Numbered from the stretch's first letter, positions 46,260 through 56,792 are shown. The stretch is 64,000 bases of DNA from Candidatus Lustribacter sp. (GCA_965277805.1 OZ255842.1:576001-640000); one strand, 5' to 3'. Numbers and translations are program-made. The notes: generated by a model not told the origin, from the letters alone.

Positions 46260-46931
46260 CTAAGCCTCCCACAGCATCGCTCGCGCCCACGCCCCGCTGC
46301 AGCCTCGAAGTTTGACCGGCGTCGCCACAAACAAACGCTCGCGCCCGTCCATCACCTCATCCGGGAAAAACAGTTCCTCGGTGATGAAGCCGCCGTTGCC
46401 GAGAATGGCCCGGTGTGCCGGCCCGGCTTTCGCCGGATCGTCATAGCCGCCCATGCTGACCGCATCGATCCCGACGCCCTTGACACCGCGCGAAACGAGA
46501 AGTTCGGCTGCATCGCCGCCCAAGTAGACGTACTGCGTCAAAAAGTCCGCGGTGTTAGCGCGTTGCCGGCCGCGGCCGGTATTGAGCAGGGCGATCGACC
46601 CCGGCTTCAGGCGGTCCAGTTGCGATTCGAGATCCCGCGGCGCGATTGCGGTCCCCGGCGGCATGGCGCGGAGATCAAAGATGACGGCGGGGCCGACGTA
46701 CGTCTCGAGCGGTACCTCGTCGATCGTCGCGCCCCCGTCAAAGAAATGGTAGGGTGCATCGCAGTGCGTTCCGGTGTGCGTGCTCATCTCGACGATTTCT
46801 TTGTTGACGCCTTGAACGGCGAGCATGTAGAACAAGCGAATTTGCACCGGACGGGGCGAGGAGTCGGGGTACTGCGGACAGTTCGGGAAGACGGGCTGAC
46901 TGAGGTCGTAAATACGAGACGGCGGGTTCAC
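46260..46931 (-). CDS. Cyclase / kynurenine formamidase family metal-dependent hydrolase
   Basis: HTGTHCDAPYH, GVGID, AHRAIL...E. Confidence 0.9.
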   Translation of the reverse strand: MNPPSRIYDLSQPVFPNCPQYPDSSPRPVQIRLFYMLAVQGVNKEIVEMSTHTGTHCDAPYHFFDGGATIDEVPLETYVGPAVIFDLRAMPPGTAIAPRDLESQLDRLKPGSIALLNTGRGRQRANTADFLTQYVYLGGDAAELLVSRGVKGVGIDAVSMGGYDDPAKAGPAHRAILGNGGFITEELFFPDEVMDGRERLFVATPVKLRGCSGAWARAMLWEA

Positions 46932-47803
46932 GCGAGCACCTCACGAGCGAGCGCCGCAAAGGCATTGCCGTTACGTTTCAGATGCGCGCCGATGTCGCCG
47001 GTCCAAAGCGAGTCCGGCAGCGATTCTTCGGAAAAGATCTCGAGCACGTACGGACCCTCGTATCCGGCGCGTTCCGCCGCGGCCAGAAGTTCGCGCGTCG
47101 GAATCGTGCCCTCTCCGAGGCTGCGCCGGTCGGCATTCGAGCGCGGGCGCTGCCAATCGCTGATTTGCACGACGAAGATCTTTTCGCGCGCACGTTCGAT
47201 TGTCGCCAAAAGATCGGGCGTTTGAAAAATATTCCAGGTGTCGAGACAGATGCCGAGTTGGTTGTGATCGATGCGTTGCACCAACTCGAGCGCAGCATCG
47301 AGCCCCCAAATTGCCGTATCCGTATGAAAGAGCACCGGGTTGAGCGGCTCGAAAGCAAGCCGTACCCCAAGGTGCGCCGCACGATCGGCGAGCTGCGGCA
47401 GCACCTCGAGCAGCGTGGCGTACACCCGGGCGTTGTCGCCATTGGGCGCGGCGCCGCTGATGACGACGAACGGCGTCCCGCCGGGCACATACGGCGCGAT
47501 CCGTTCCATCGATCGCTCGAAATGCCGCACGCGCACGTACGGATCGAGCGGCGCCGGCGCGAGACTGTCGGGATAGACGGCGTGCACGGTCGGCTGAACA
47601 GACGAAATACGCAGGCCCGCGCTGACGACTGCTTCCAGCTGGGGAGCATAGTCGGCCCGGTCGAGCTTGAACTCGCAGATCTCGATCCATCCCGCGCCGG
47701 CACGCGGGTACTCGATGAGGTCGCGCTCAAACGGCCATGGCGTCGTCGTGAACTGGCTGATCCCGAACCTTGCGGCGACCGCCTGTTCTTGCAACAGATT
47801 CAT
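46928..47803 (-). CDS. Sugar phosphate isomerase/epimerase (TIM barrel)
   Basis: LAFEPLNP, CLDTWN, VQISDW, GEGTIP, VLEIFS. Confidence 0.88.
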   Translation of the reverse strand: MNLLQEQAVAARFGISQFTTTPWPFERDLIEYPRAGAGWIEICEFKLDRADYAPQLEAVVSAGLRISSVQPTVHAVYPDSLAPAPLDPYVRVRHFERSMERIAPYVPGGTPFVVISGAAPNGDNARVYATLLEVLPQLADRAAHLGVRLAFEPLNPVLFHTDTAIWGLDAALELVQRIDHNQLGICLDTWNIFQTPDLLATIERAREKIFVVQISDWQRPRSNADRRSLGEGTIPTRELLAAAERAGYEGPYVLEIFSEESLPDSLWTGDIGAHLKRNGNAFAALAREVLA

Positions 47804-47829
47804 CGGCCGGCCACGAACATACGAAGGCC

Positions 47830-48294
47830 ATGGCCGAAACGCTTACCGAAATCGAGAGGCGACGCAGCCTCAACCTGCGGCAGCTGCTCACGCGCTCGAC
47901 GCGCGCGGTAAACGAGCGCATCGTTGCCGCATTGCGGGCGCGCGGCTTTCCCGACGCTCGCGCGGCGCATGCCTCGGTGCTCGCAAATTTGGAGCTTCGC
48001 GGCAGCACCATCAACGAAATCGCAAGCCGTGCGCTGCTTCCCAAGCAGGCGATCAGCAAAATGGTGCTGGAGCTCGAGGAGTTCGGATATCTCGAGCGAT
48101 CGCGAAACGACCAAGACGGCCGTTCGGTCGTCGTGCGCTTCACACGAAAAGGACGGAAGCTGATGACTGCCACGTTCGACGTTATCGCCGGCATCGAACA
48201 TGCGGTGCAAGCACGCCTCGGACCGCGCCGTTATTCTGCCCTCCGGTCGTCGCTGATGCTGCTGCTCGAGGAAGATGTCGCGTCGGGCGATTAG
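47830..48294 (+). CDS. MarR-family regulator
   Basis: KQAISKMVLELEEFGYLER..DGRSVVVRFTRKG. Confidence 0.9.
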   Translation: MAETLTEIERRRSLNLRQLLTRSTRAVNERIVAALRARGFPDARAAHASVLANLELRGSTINEIASRALLPKQAISKMVLELEEFGYLERSRNDQDGRSVVVRFTRKGRKLMTATFDVIAGIEHAVQARLGPRRYSALRSSLMLLLEEDVASGD

Positions 48295-48311
48295 CGCATT
48301 GCAAGGGTCCA

Positions 48312-50753
48312 TTACACGTCCTGCCGGAGTTCGATCAAGCAAAAACCCTGGCTCTCCAATTCGATGGCTATTCCGCGCGATAATTGCGCGGCCGTAAACG
48401 CTCCCGAATCCGTCCACGCTCCGTGCAGGCTGTTGAACTGTTTCGACGCGTATGACCCCCGGAGCGCAGCTAGCGCTACGGCAGCGGTGACGGTGAGACT
48501 CGAGGTATTGCCCACAAAGACCATGATGCTGTCGCCGTCGCGCAAAGCGAGCGCGATAACGTCTTGACCTTCGATCGTCAGCGATGACGAAATGTCCGTC
48601 TCGAACGCCGTCGCTGCGTCTGCGCACCGAAAGGTCGCGTTCGTGTACAATCGCACGTCGGGAGCGCGCACGATGAACCAAGTGACGCTCACTCCGGCCA
48701 GTAGCAGGTCCCGCACACAGGTCCATTTCCATTGGGCGGCAAGGCGCGGGACGATCGTCGGGGTTCCTCCGGAAAGCTCGAGGCCGGCTGCACCTTCGAC
48801 TGCGGCCCATAAATAGCGCGGCGGAAACCAGGGCGAGAGCATCATGCCCTGATTCACGAGCGTCTCTCCGTGCAGCCATTCGGAGAACTGACCGGGGACC
48901 GTGTTATTGCGACGCGGGTCCTTCGCATAATGCCGGAAGCCGTTGCGGAGCGCCCACGCCATGTTCTCGCTGTTAAATCGAGCCGCCGCAAAGGCGTACC
49001 AAAAGGCAACGCCGACCCACACGCCGCCCAGCAGACCGTAGCCGTGCGTCGGCCCGTAATTGACGGCATCGCGGGGCACGGTTCGAATTCCCGCATCGCT
49101 CCAGAACTCGCGCGCGCTCAAGCGCGCGATGATGCCGGCAGCGACTGCGTCGTCGGCGACGCCGAACATGACCGGAAAGACGAGATCGGAGGTGATGTCG
49201 GTGCGCGGCGTCCCATCGAGTTGGATGTTCAGATAATAGAGACCGGTTGCCGCGTCGAACAGATGTTCATTGATTGCGTCTCGCAATGTATCGGCTGCCG
49301 ACTTGAAGGCGGCGCTCTCCGTGTGCTTCTCGAGAAAGCGTGCCATGTGAGAAACCGTGAGTAATGCCGCATAGCACTCGGAATTGAGCTCCGTCGTCGC
49401 GCCGGACAGGCGGTAGTCCTTGATCACGTTGCGCCAGCCGCAGATGCCCCAATCCGAGACGCCATCGGCGGTACACCAGACCAGGCCCTGATCGTTACGT
49501 TGCGAGAGAATGTATTTTGCAGCCTTGACGGCGCGGGGGTAGATGCGCTCGAGAAAGCTGCGTTCGCCGGTCGTGTTGAAGTGATGCCAGAGCGCAAGGA
49601 TTAAGAGCGGCGTGTTGTCGTTGATATTGAGTTTGTAATCCGACGTCTTTCCGGTGCGAACGTCATAGTACTCGACGACGAGCCCTTTGGCTTCAAGATG
49701 CTCGGCGTACCAGAGAAGCGAGGCTTCCGCAAATTCGGGGCAAATGTAATCCGCCCCAAACGCGAACCACGCCGTATCGCGGGCGACGCTGTTATTCGAT
49801 CGGCTGGGGTCGTTCACGAAGCACCACCCGGTCGGCGCGAGCAGCATCATTCGCAGCATGTTCGCCTTTGCCCAGAGCACGCCGGCATTGACCTCATGAT
49901 CGGGGGTAAGGACGACGGAACGGTTCAGAATGTCGTGGTAATGAGCCCGCGTTTCAGCGAGCGCATCGGACGCCGAGGGCAATCGGCTGATGAGGGAAAG
50001 TGCCCGTTTTTGACCTTCGAGTGAGAACGTTACGATGAAGGCAAATTGGACGCGCTCGCCGGGCTTGAGTGTGTGGCTGAGATGGAGCACGCCGAGCGGA
50101 TCGGTCGCCGGACTTTGGGCCGCGCCGCCCAGCATACCGGGTGAGGCGGGCGCGATCGCCTTGCCGTGGTCCATCGTGGTTTCCCAGCTCGTCACCGTCT
50201 CGGAGCACGTGATGACGCGAGCGAAGTCCGGGTCCGACTCGTTCCATGCAACGATCGCGTTACGTCGCTTGTCGAATTTCGAGTCGACATCGTGACCCAT
50301 CTCGCCGCGCAACTGCGCGAACGCGTACGTTCCGATGGCCCGCGAAACGTCGGTCGGATTTGAAAGCGTCATGGTGAAGTACACGGCGGGCGGGTCGACC
50401 TGGTCGTCGCGCGGCTTCGTACTGAGGACGAAAACGTCTTCGTGGACGGCGATTCCGTTGGAAAGCCTGAAAAAATGCTCTTGGTGCTCGGGGTGGATAC
50501 GAAACGTGCCCGGCAGAGCCGTGAGGGGAATGCCCGTCGTCTCATCCCAATGATGCGGCACCAACGTCCCGATCAGCGTCTTCCCATAGTCGCTCGAATA
50601 GATCTTTTCGATGGCACCGGTGGCCTTGACGATGCACACGCACTTGGGTCCGCCGAGCGTGCTGCCGGCTGCAACCTCGGTGTCGGGAAGGTCGTAGAAC
50701 GAACCGCGCTGGCCCGCACCGACGACCTCACTAAGCCGCGTCCCTTGGGTCAC
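48312..50753 (-). CDS. Glycoside hydrolase with (alpha/alpha)6 barrel (amylo-alpha-1,6-glucosidase/MGH1-like)
   Basis: VARDTAW, DNTPLLILALWHHF..TG, DGVSDW, GIRT, GGVW, GQFSEW; no signal peptide. Confidence 0.75.
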   Translation of the reverse strand: MTQGTRLSEVVGAGQRGSFYDLPDTEVAAGSTLGGPKCVCIVKATGAIEKIYSSDYGKTLIGTLVPHHWDETTGIPLTALPGTFRIHPEHQEHFFRLSNGIAVHEDVFVLSTKPRDDQVDPPAVYFTMTLSNPTDVSRAIGTYAFAQLRGEMGHDVDSKFDKRRNAIVAWNESDPDFARVITCSETVTSWETTMDHGKAIAPASPGMLGGAAQSPATDPLGVLHLSHTLKPGERVQFAFIVTFSLEGQKRALSLISRLPSASDALAETRAHYHDILNRSVVLTPDHEVNAGVLWAKANMLRMMLLAPTGWCFVNDPSRSNNSVARDTAWFAFGADYICPEFAEASLLWYAEHLEAKGLVVEYYDVRTGKTSDYKLNINDNTPLLILALWHHFNTTGERSFLERIYPRAVKAAKYILSQRNDQGLVWCTADGVSDWGICGWRNVIKDYRLSGATTELNSECYAALLTVSHMARFLEKHTESAAFKSAADTLRDAINEHLFDAATGLYYLNIQLDGTPRTDITSDLVFPVMFGVADDAVAAGIIARLSAREFWSDAGIRTVPRDAVNYGPTHGYGLLGGVWVGVAFWYAFAAARFNSENMAWALRNGFRHYAKDPRRNNTVPGQFSEWLHGETLVNQGMMLSPWFPPRYLWAAVEGAAGLELSGGTPTIVPRLAAQWKWTCVRDLLLAGVSVTWFIVRAPDVRLYTNATFRCADAATAFETDISSSLTIEGQDVIALALRDGDSIMVFVGNTSSLTVTAAVALAALRGSYASKQFNSLHGAWTDSGAFTAAQLSRGIAIELESQGFCLIELRQDV

Positions 50754-51517
50754 AGGCTGCCCGCGTGCTTCGTCATCCCGCCGTCGATGACGTAGGTGGC
50801 GCCGGTGATATAGGCGGCCGCCTCCGACGCCAGAAACACCACGACGCCCGCGATCTCTTCCGGTTTGGCCATACGCCCGAGCGGAATCTCGGCGAGCAGT
50901 GCCTCGTATTCTTTCGCGTTCGCTTTCAGAGCGGCGTCCATCGGCGTATCGACGGCCCCCGGCGCGACGTCGTTCACGGTAATGTGCTCCTTCGCGAGCT
51001 CGAGGGCGACGGTACGCATGAGCATTCGCACACCGCCTTTCGCCGCACAGTACGGAGCGTTGGTCGGCATCGGCAACTCTTCATGGACCGACGAGATGTT
51101 GATGATGCGGCCGCCGCGCTTTTGCTTGACCATTTGCTTGGCGGCGGCTTGGGTGCAGAGCCACACGCCGGCAAGATTGACGTCGATCACCTTCCGGAAG
51201 AGTTCGAACGGCGTCTCCAGGAACGGATGTTTTTGTTCGATTCCGGCGTTATTGATCAAGATGTCGACGCCGCCGAACGCATTTACGGCAGCGGCGACAA
51301 GCGACTCAACTTGCTCCGGATCGGCAACATCTGCGCCGGTCGCAATCGCGCGCGCGCCGAGATTTTCGATCTCCTCGACCACGGCGTTGGCCGGTGCGAC
51401 GTCGCCATGATAGTCGATGACCACCGCTGCGCCTTCGCGGGCGCACGCGAGCGAAATAGCTTTGCCGATTCCGGTATCGCCGCCGGTAACGATGGCGACC
51501 TTATCCTTCAGGTGCAT
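50750..51517 (-). CDS. Glucose 1-dehydrogenase-like SDR
   Basis: TGGDTGIG, NNAG, ISSVHE, YCAAKGG. Confidence 0.9.
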   Translation of the reverse strand: MHLKDKVAIVTGGDTGIGKAISLACAREGAAVVIDYHGDVAPANAVVEEIENLGARAIATGADVADPEQVESLVAAAVNAFGGVDILINNAGIEQKHPFLETPFELFRKVIDVNLAGVWLCTQAAAKQMVKQKRGGRIINISSVHEELPMPTNAPYCAAKGGVRMLMRTVALELAKEHITVNDVAPGAVDTPMDAALKANAKEYEALLAEIPLGRMAKPEEIAGVVVFLASEAAAYITGATYVIDGGMTKHAGSL

Positions 51518-52796
51518 GATCCTCCTCGGCCGTCAGACGGTCGGAAATCCAGGGCAGACGCGCGACGTCTCGAGCGAACAAACCGCTCACGGTCCAATCA
51601 CCGGCGACCCGCAGCTTGCGCGTTACGCCGGGCAACTGCGCGAGGTAATACGCGCGCCACATCAGCCACGCCGGAAGGCCGGCGATCATGTGGTTACCGG
51701 GCAACTGAGCCACGGCATCGCGATCGCCGAGCGAAGCCATCATGCCGAGCGGCAGATAGGTAAACGGCTTCAGCGGTTTGCCGGTTAATGAGGCGACGAT
51801 ATTTTGAGCGAGCAGCGGTCCCTCGCGCACGGCGTTTTGGGCCAGCGGAGACACGTCGCCGCCGCCGCGTTTGGGGATCCGGGCGCAGTCGCCGACCCCC
51901 CAGATGCCGGCGACCCCCGGAACCGCGAAGTCGCTCCCGACCACCAGGGCGCCGTGTTCCGAGGTTTGCAAGCCCGTCGTGCGCAGCAGCGGCGCCGGCT
52001 TTTCTCCGGCCGTCCAAACGATCGTGTGACAGTCGAAGCGTTTGCCGCTTTTCAGCGCGAGGCCATCGGCGTCGGCCGACGCGACGTCTTCGCCAAGCTC
52101 GATACGGACGTTGCGGCGGCGCAGAGAGGCCGCGGCGCGTTTCCCGAACCAGGGAGCGAGGTGCTCGAGCAGCCGTTTTCCGCTCTCGACGATCACGATC
52201 TCCGGGGTCAGGTCGTGTAAGGTGGGATAAAAACGATGCAGCCGCTTGAGATAGGCGGCAAGCTCGCCCCCGGCCTCAACGCCCGTAAAACCGCCGCCGA
52301 CGATAACGAAACGCAGCCACCGGTCGCGCTCGACGCGATCGCGCGAGGCGGCCGCCGCTTCGAACGCGCTGCCCACGCGGGCTCGCAGTTTTGCTGCGTC
52401 CGGCAACGTCTTGAGCAGATACGCGTGCTCGGCAATGCCGGGAATACCGTGCGTGCTCGACTCCGAACCGAGTGCAAACACGAGATGGTCGAAGGGCAGC
52501 GTCGTTTGCGCACCGAGTACGCGAAGGTCGATGGTCACGGCGCGCGAGGCAACGTCGACCGACGATACTTCGCCCACCACAACCTCCGCGCGTTTCAGGG
52601 CCACCCGCAGCGGTTGCACGATGGCGCGCATATCGAGCGTACCCGTCGCCACTTCGGGCAGCATCGGCGTAAAGAGCTGGAAATTCTCGCGGCTAACGAG
52701 TGTGATATGGGCGTCTGACGGAGCACGCCGTTCCAGCTCCTGCGCGGCAGTTACACCGGCAAAACCTCCGCCCAAGATAACGATCTTCGTTGCCAC
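51501..52796 (-). CDS. ndh: Type II NADH:quinone oxidoreductase family
   Basis: GGGFAG, FTPMLPEVATG, GGGFTGVE, GDCA, AQNA.REG, WRAYYL. Confidence 0.85.
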   Translation of the reverse strand: MATKIVILGGGFAGVTAAQELERRAPSDAHITLVSRENFQLFTPMLPEVATGTLDMRAIVQPLRVALKRAEVVVGEVSSVDVASRAVTIDLRVLGAQTTLPFDHLVFALGSESSTHGIPGIAEHAYLLKTLPDAAKLRARVGSAFEAAAASRDRVERDRWLRFVIVGGGFTGVEAGGELAAYLKRLHRFYPTLHDLTPEIVIVESGKRLLEHLAPWFGKRAAASLRRRNVRIELGEDVASADADGLALKSGKRFDCHTIVWTAGEKPAPLLRTTGLQTSEHGALVVGSDFAVPGVAGIWGVGDCARIPKRGGGDVSPLAQNAVREGPLLAQNIVASLTGKPLKPFTYLPLGMMASLGDRDAVAQLPGNHMIAGLPAWLMWRAYYLAQLPGVTRKLRVAGDWTVSGLFARDVARLPWISDRLTAEEDHAPEG

Positions 52797-52804
52797 GAAA
52801 ACCG

Positions 52805-53929
52805 TTAAACCTCGTACGCCGCCGCATCGCTGCGACGAAACTCGAGCCCAATCCCGGGTCGGAAGAGGTCCGGAGCCAGTGTGCCGTTCACCGGATCCGA
52901 AGGCCCATCGAAGAACATCTTCTCGATGCGCACATGATCGAAGAAGAACTCCATGTGGCGCAGCATTTTTGCGGCCGCAGCCGCGTGCACATGAAGGTAC
53001 GGCGCGCAGTGTGTCGAGAGCGGCACGAGGGCGCTCTGGCACAGGCCGTCGACGGCGAGAAAACCGGTAAAGCCTCCGCAACGCGTTGCATCCGCTTGAA
53101 GGACGTCGACGGTTCGCGCTTCGAGCATGCGCGCGTAGTGATACGGAGCGTAGCCATATTCGCCGGCCGCGACCTCCATGGTCGCGGGTGCGCGTTCACG
53201 CACCGCTGCCAAGCCCTGAAAATCCTGATGGTACACGGGCTCCTCGAACCAGGTCACGCCCGACGCCTCGAATTGGGAGGCGAGTTCGAGCGCTTGCTTT
53301 ACGGCGTACGCTCCATTGGCGTCAACGAACAGTTCCGCGCTCTCGCCGATCGCGTGCCGAGCGGCGGCAATCCGGCGTACGTCGGCACCGGGATCGCGAC
53401 CGATCTTCATCTTGACGCGCGGAATGCCGGCGGCAACCCAGCCGCTGAGCTGCGAGGTGAGTTCGGTAATATCGTACGAGGTAAACCCGCCGCTGCCGTA
53501 GACCGGAACGCGCTCGCGAGCCGTTCCGAGCAAGGCGGCGACCGGCATGTCCAGGAGTTTGCCGCGCAGATCCCACAGTGCGATGTCGACCGCCGATATC
53601 GCCATCGCGGTGATGCCCTCACGGCCGAGATTGCGAATCTTTGCAACCATGCTCGACCAGATCTCGCCGTGGGCGAACGCGTTCGCACCGACGACGACGT
53701 CGTGCAGGGTGTCGCGGATCAACGTCGCGGTTGCGGTGTCGGCATACGTGTAGCCAAGGCCGGTGCATCCGCCGGATTCGAGCTCAACGAGCACGAGCGT
53801 CGTCGCGTCCCAGACGTGCGTCCCGTCGGATTCATTCGGGCTCTCAGTCGGTACTCGGTAGGCCCGTACATCCATGCGCCGGACGGGCGCCGCGGTGCTC
53901 GAACGCGGACCCTGCACGCTCGACTTCAC
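52805..53929 (-). CDS. Mandelate racemase/enolase superfamily protein
   Basis: ESDGT..WD.TT, AVDIALWDL, KMK, DAN, EEP, GEYGY; GTG start overlaps the upstream TGA. Confidence 0.9.
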   Translation of the reverse strand: MKSSVQGPRSSTAAPVRRMDVRAYRVPTESPNESDGTHVWDATTLVLVELESGGCTGLGYTYADTATATLIRDTLHDVVVGANAFAHGEIWSSMVAKIRNLGREGITAMAISAVDIALWDLRGKLLDMPVAALLGTARERVPVYGSGGFTSYDITELTSQLSGWVAAGIPRVKMKIGRDPGADVRRIAAARHAIGESAELFVDANGAYAVKQALELASQFEASGVTWFEEPVYHQDFQGLAAVRERAPATMEVAAGEYGYAPYHYARMLEARTVDVLQADATRCGGFTGFLAVDGLCQSALVPLSTHCAPYLHVHAAAAAKMLRHMEFFFDHVRIEKMFFDGPSDPVNGTLAPDLFRPGIGLEFRRSDAAAYEV

Positions 53930-55716
53930 GGATGTGCCTCGTGCGGGAAGATGCCGGAGAGCAAGCTCTTGACCGATTGTCCGATGACCTGCATCTCGTT
54001 GGGGTCGCCTTTGACCAGCGCGGACGTTAGGTTCTTCGCTTGCTCGAACGAAATATGGGGCGGGATCATGGCCACGTTCGGATCGGTGTAGGCTTCGTAG
54101 ACCACGGGGCGATCGGCCGACAAAGCGGCGTCCCACGCCGGCCCGACGTCCTCGGGGCGATCGACGCGGATTCCCCGCAGGCCGATCGATTCTGCATATC
54201 TCGCGTACGGGAAATCGGGCAGTTGTTGTGAGGCGTCGAACTTCGGGTCGCCGGACTCGATTCGCATCTCCCACGTAACCTGGTTGAGATCGCGATTGTT
54301 GAGCACGAGGATGATCAGGCGCGGGTCCGACCATCGCTTCCAGTATTTCGCGATGGTGATCAGTTCGGCGTTGCCGTTCATCTGCATCGCACCATCGCCC
54401 GTCATTCCGATGGCCACGCGATCGGGAAAGCAGAACTTCGCGGCGATGGCGTACGGCACGGCCGGACCCATCGTCGCGAGGCTGCCCGAGAGCGAATACT
54501 TCATCCCGCGGCGCATTTGAAGATCGCGCGCCGACCAATTCGCCGATGTGCCGGCGTCGCCGCTCAGAATACAGTCGTCCGGCAGACGTGCTGAGAGTTC
54601 GGTAAAGACGCGTTGCGGGTTCAGCGGCTCCGCGGCATCCAGGGCGCGCGCATGAGTCACGTCGTTCCACCGTGCGCGCTTTTGCGCGATGCGGTTGCGC
54701 CATGTCGGATCGGCTTTTTGCGTCAGGAGCGGCAACAACGACCGCAGTGTCGCCGCCGCATCGCCGATGAGGTTGACTTCGTTGGCGAACCGCATCGAGA
54801 GATTCTTGCCGTCAAGGTCGATCTGGACGCCGCGCGCTTGGCCCGCCTTCGGTAGAAACTGGGCGTACGGATATGTCGTACCGACCATCAAGAGGGTGTC
54901 GCACGATGCCATCATGTCTGAACTCGGTTCAGTACCAAGAAGACCCAATGTGCCGGTTACATACGGGAGGTCGTCGGGAAGCGCGGCTTTACCAAGCAAC
55001 GCCTTTGCGACGCCGGCCCCTAACCGATCGGCGACGGCCATCACCTCATCGGCCGCCCCGAGGGCGCCGGCACCGATCAGCATGGCAACGCGTTCACCGG
55101 AGTTGAGGATTTCGGCAGCCGCGGCCAGATCGTATTCGGCCGGGATAACGACCGGCGCGCTGTAGCCGATACCCGACTGGAGTGTATTCGCGGCGTGCGG
55201 CGGATGTTCGACGGCATCCATTTCTTGAATGTCTTTGGGCACGATGATGCAGGTGACGCTCCGTGTTGCATGAGCGATGCGAAAGGCGCGGTCGACGATG
55301 TGGCGCGCCGCCGTCGGGCTGGAAATCTGGTAGACGTACTCCGACGCTACGTCCTTGAAAAGATTGACCAGATCAACTTCCTGCTGGTAGTTACCGCCGA
55401 GCGCCGTCGTCGCCGCTTGGCCGACGATTGCAACAACCGGGCGATGATCCAGTTTTGCGTCGTAGAGGCCGTTCAACAAGTGGATCGCGCCGGGACCGGA
55501 CGTGGCCAAGCAGCAAGCGACCTCGCCGGTATACTTCGCGTCGGCGGTCGCCATAAAAGCGGCCATTTCCTCATGCCGCACCTGAACGAAATCGATCTTA
55601 CCGTCGAGCCGGTCGAAGGCGCCCATGATCCCGTTGATGCCGTCGCCCGGATAACCGTAGATACGGCGAATCCCCCAAGCGTGAACCCGTTGTAGGATGA
55701 AATCACTGACAGTCAT
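53926..55716 (-). CDS. ThDP-dependent enzyme, pyruvate oxidase/PoxB-like
   Basis: YGYPGDGING, RHEE, TSGPG, ThDP motif GDGAMQMNG...NN; AGGAG RBS. Confidence 0.92.
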   Translation of the reverse strand: MTVSDFILQRVHAWGIRRIYGYPGDGINGIMGAFDRLDGKIDFVQVRHEEMAAFMATADAKYTGEVACCLATSGPGAIHLLNGLYDAKLDHRPVVAIVGQAATTALGGNYQQEVDLVNLFKDVASEYVYQISSPTAARHIVDRAFRIAHATRSVTCIIVPKDIQEMDAVEHPPHAANTLQSGIGYSAPVVIPAEYDLAAAAEILNSGERVAMLIGAGALGAADEVMAVADRLGAGVAKALLGKAALPDDLPYVTGTLGLLGTEPSSDMMASCDTLLMVGTTYPYAQFLPKAGQARGVQIDLDGKNLSMRFANEVNLIGDAAATLRSLLPLLTQKADPTWRNRIAQKRARWNDVTHARALDAAEPLNPQRVFTELSARLPDDCILSGDAGTSANWSARDLQMRRGMKYSLSGSLATMGPAVPYAIAAKFCFPDRVAIGMTGDGAMQMNGNAELITIAKYWKRWSDPRLIILVLNNRDLNQVTWEMRIESGDPKFDASQQLPDFPYARYAESIGLRGIRVDRPEDVGPAWDAALSADRPVVYEAYTDPNVAMIPPHISFEQAKNLTSALVKGDPNEMQVIGQSVKSLLSGIFPHEAHP

Positions 55717-55752
55717 GGCCGCGCGAACTCCTCGATGGCGAATATAGTCATC

Positions 55753-55778
55753 ATACCCGACTAATTTTTGTAACAAAC
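55753..55778 (-). promoter_or_regulatory. SigB/SigF-type promoter for the leftward operon
   Basis: Minus strand reads GTTT-N16-GGGTAT, 36 nt before the ATG at 55716. Confidence 0.65.
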
Positions 55779-55804
55779 GGATGCCGCGACAAGAAAGTGG
55801 GTAA
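55779..55804 (+). promoter_or_regulatory. SigB/SigF-type promoter for the rightward operon
   Basis: GGATG-N15-GGGTAA, 34 nt before the GTG at 55839. Confidence 0.5.
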
Positions 55805-55838
55805 GGACCGCGTAATCACCGATCCTTCGGAAGAAGCC

Positions 55839-56792
55839 GTGACCGAAAAATCTCCGGAACCACCGCTGCTACAAGACGCCCAAGCAATCGCCAAAGAGAT
55901 ACGTGAGGGGCGTTTCCAGCGCTGGCTTTCCCTCATTGCGGGTGTGTCGAGCGTTTTGAGCGGTCTCGAAGTGGCCTACGAACACTATCGGGGCGGGTAC
56001 AGCCGTCGGATCATGGTGACGCCCGTGATCCTGAGCGCAGCGCTCGCGGTAACCGGAGTTGCCGGATTTCGCAGTGCGCGTTCGGCGCGTGTCTTGCTGC
56101 CCTTCGTTTCGGCCGTAACGGCGCTCGACGCGTTGACCGGTTTTTATTTTCATGTTCGCGGCATCGCGCGCAAACCGGGTGGCTGGCGTTTGCCTGTTGT
56201 GAACATCGTCATGGGCCCGCCGATCTTTGCGCCTCTTCTATTCGCGACGAGCGCCTATTTGGGCTTAATCGCCTCGCAAATGAAGCGGTCCGATACGACT
56301 GAAGGCGGCGGGCTTCCGCTCGCTGCGCATGCGCGACACTGGACGACGCGCCTGGGCGCAAAGCATGAAGCGATCGACGCGGAGCAAGACCTGCGTGAAG
56401 GGCGTTTCCAAAAGCACCTCGCAGTTGCGACGGTCATCGCGGCGGGCTTTAGCGGCTTTGAGGCCTGGTACTCCCACTACAAGAGCAACTTCCGCAATCG
56501 CGCGCAGTGGACACCGGTCGTCATTGCTCCGTTGCTCATGGTCGCCGGAGGCGGTGCAATCGCAAGCGTTCGCACGGCGCATACGTGGTTACCGGCCATT
56601 TCAGCCGTCGCCCTCATCGACGGCTCCGTCGGCTTTTTCTACCACGTTCGCGGCGTGCTCCGGCGGCCCGGCGGTCGTGCGTTACTCTTCTACAACGTCA
56701 TCTACGGGCCGCCGATCTTCGCGCCGTTACTGTTCGCCGCGAGCGGCTTTCTCGGACTATTGGCGAGCCTGCTGCGGAGAGAGCACGAGTGA
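55839..56792 (+). CDS. Internally duplicated membrane protein (2 x ~4 TM) with conserved His residues
   Basis: Both halves carry REGRFQ, E..Y.HY, TPV, GF..HVRG, PGG and GPPIFAPLLFA. Confidence 0.8.
   Translation: MTEKSPEPPLLQDAQAIAKEIREGRFQRWLSLIAGVSSVLSGLEVAYEHYRGGYSRRIMVTPVILSAALAVTGVAGFRSARSARVLLPFVSAVTALDALTGFYFHVRGIARKPGGWRLPVVNIVMGPPIFAPLLFATSAYLGLIASQMKRSDTTEGGGLPLAAHARHWTTRLGAKHEAIDAEQDLREGRFQKHLAVATVIAAGFSGFEAWYSHYKSNFRNRAQWTPVVIAPLLMVAGGGAIASVRTAHTWLPAISAVALIDGSVGFFYHVRGVLRRPGGRALLFYNVIYGPPIFAPLLFAASGFLGLLASLLRREHE

Noticed and set aside
55758-55775. Possible fifth copy of the TRAC-W4-GTTA motif
   Set aside because: Two core mismatches (TAAT-TTTT-GTAA), and it is better explained as the spacer of the SigB-like promoter.
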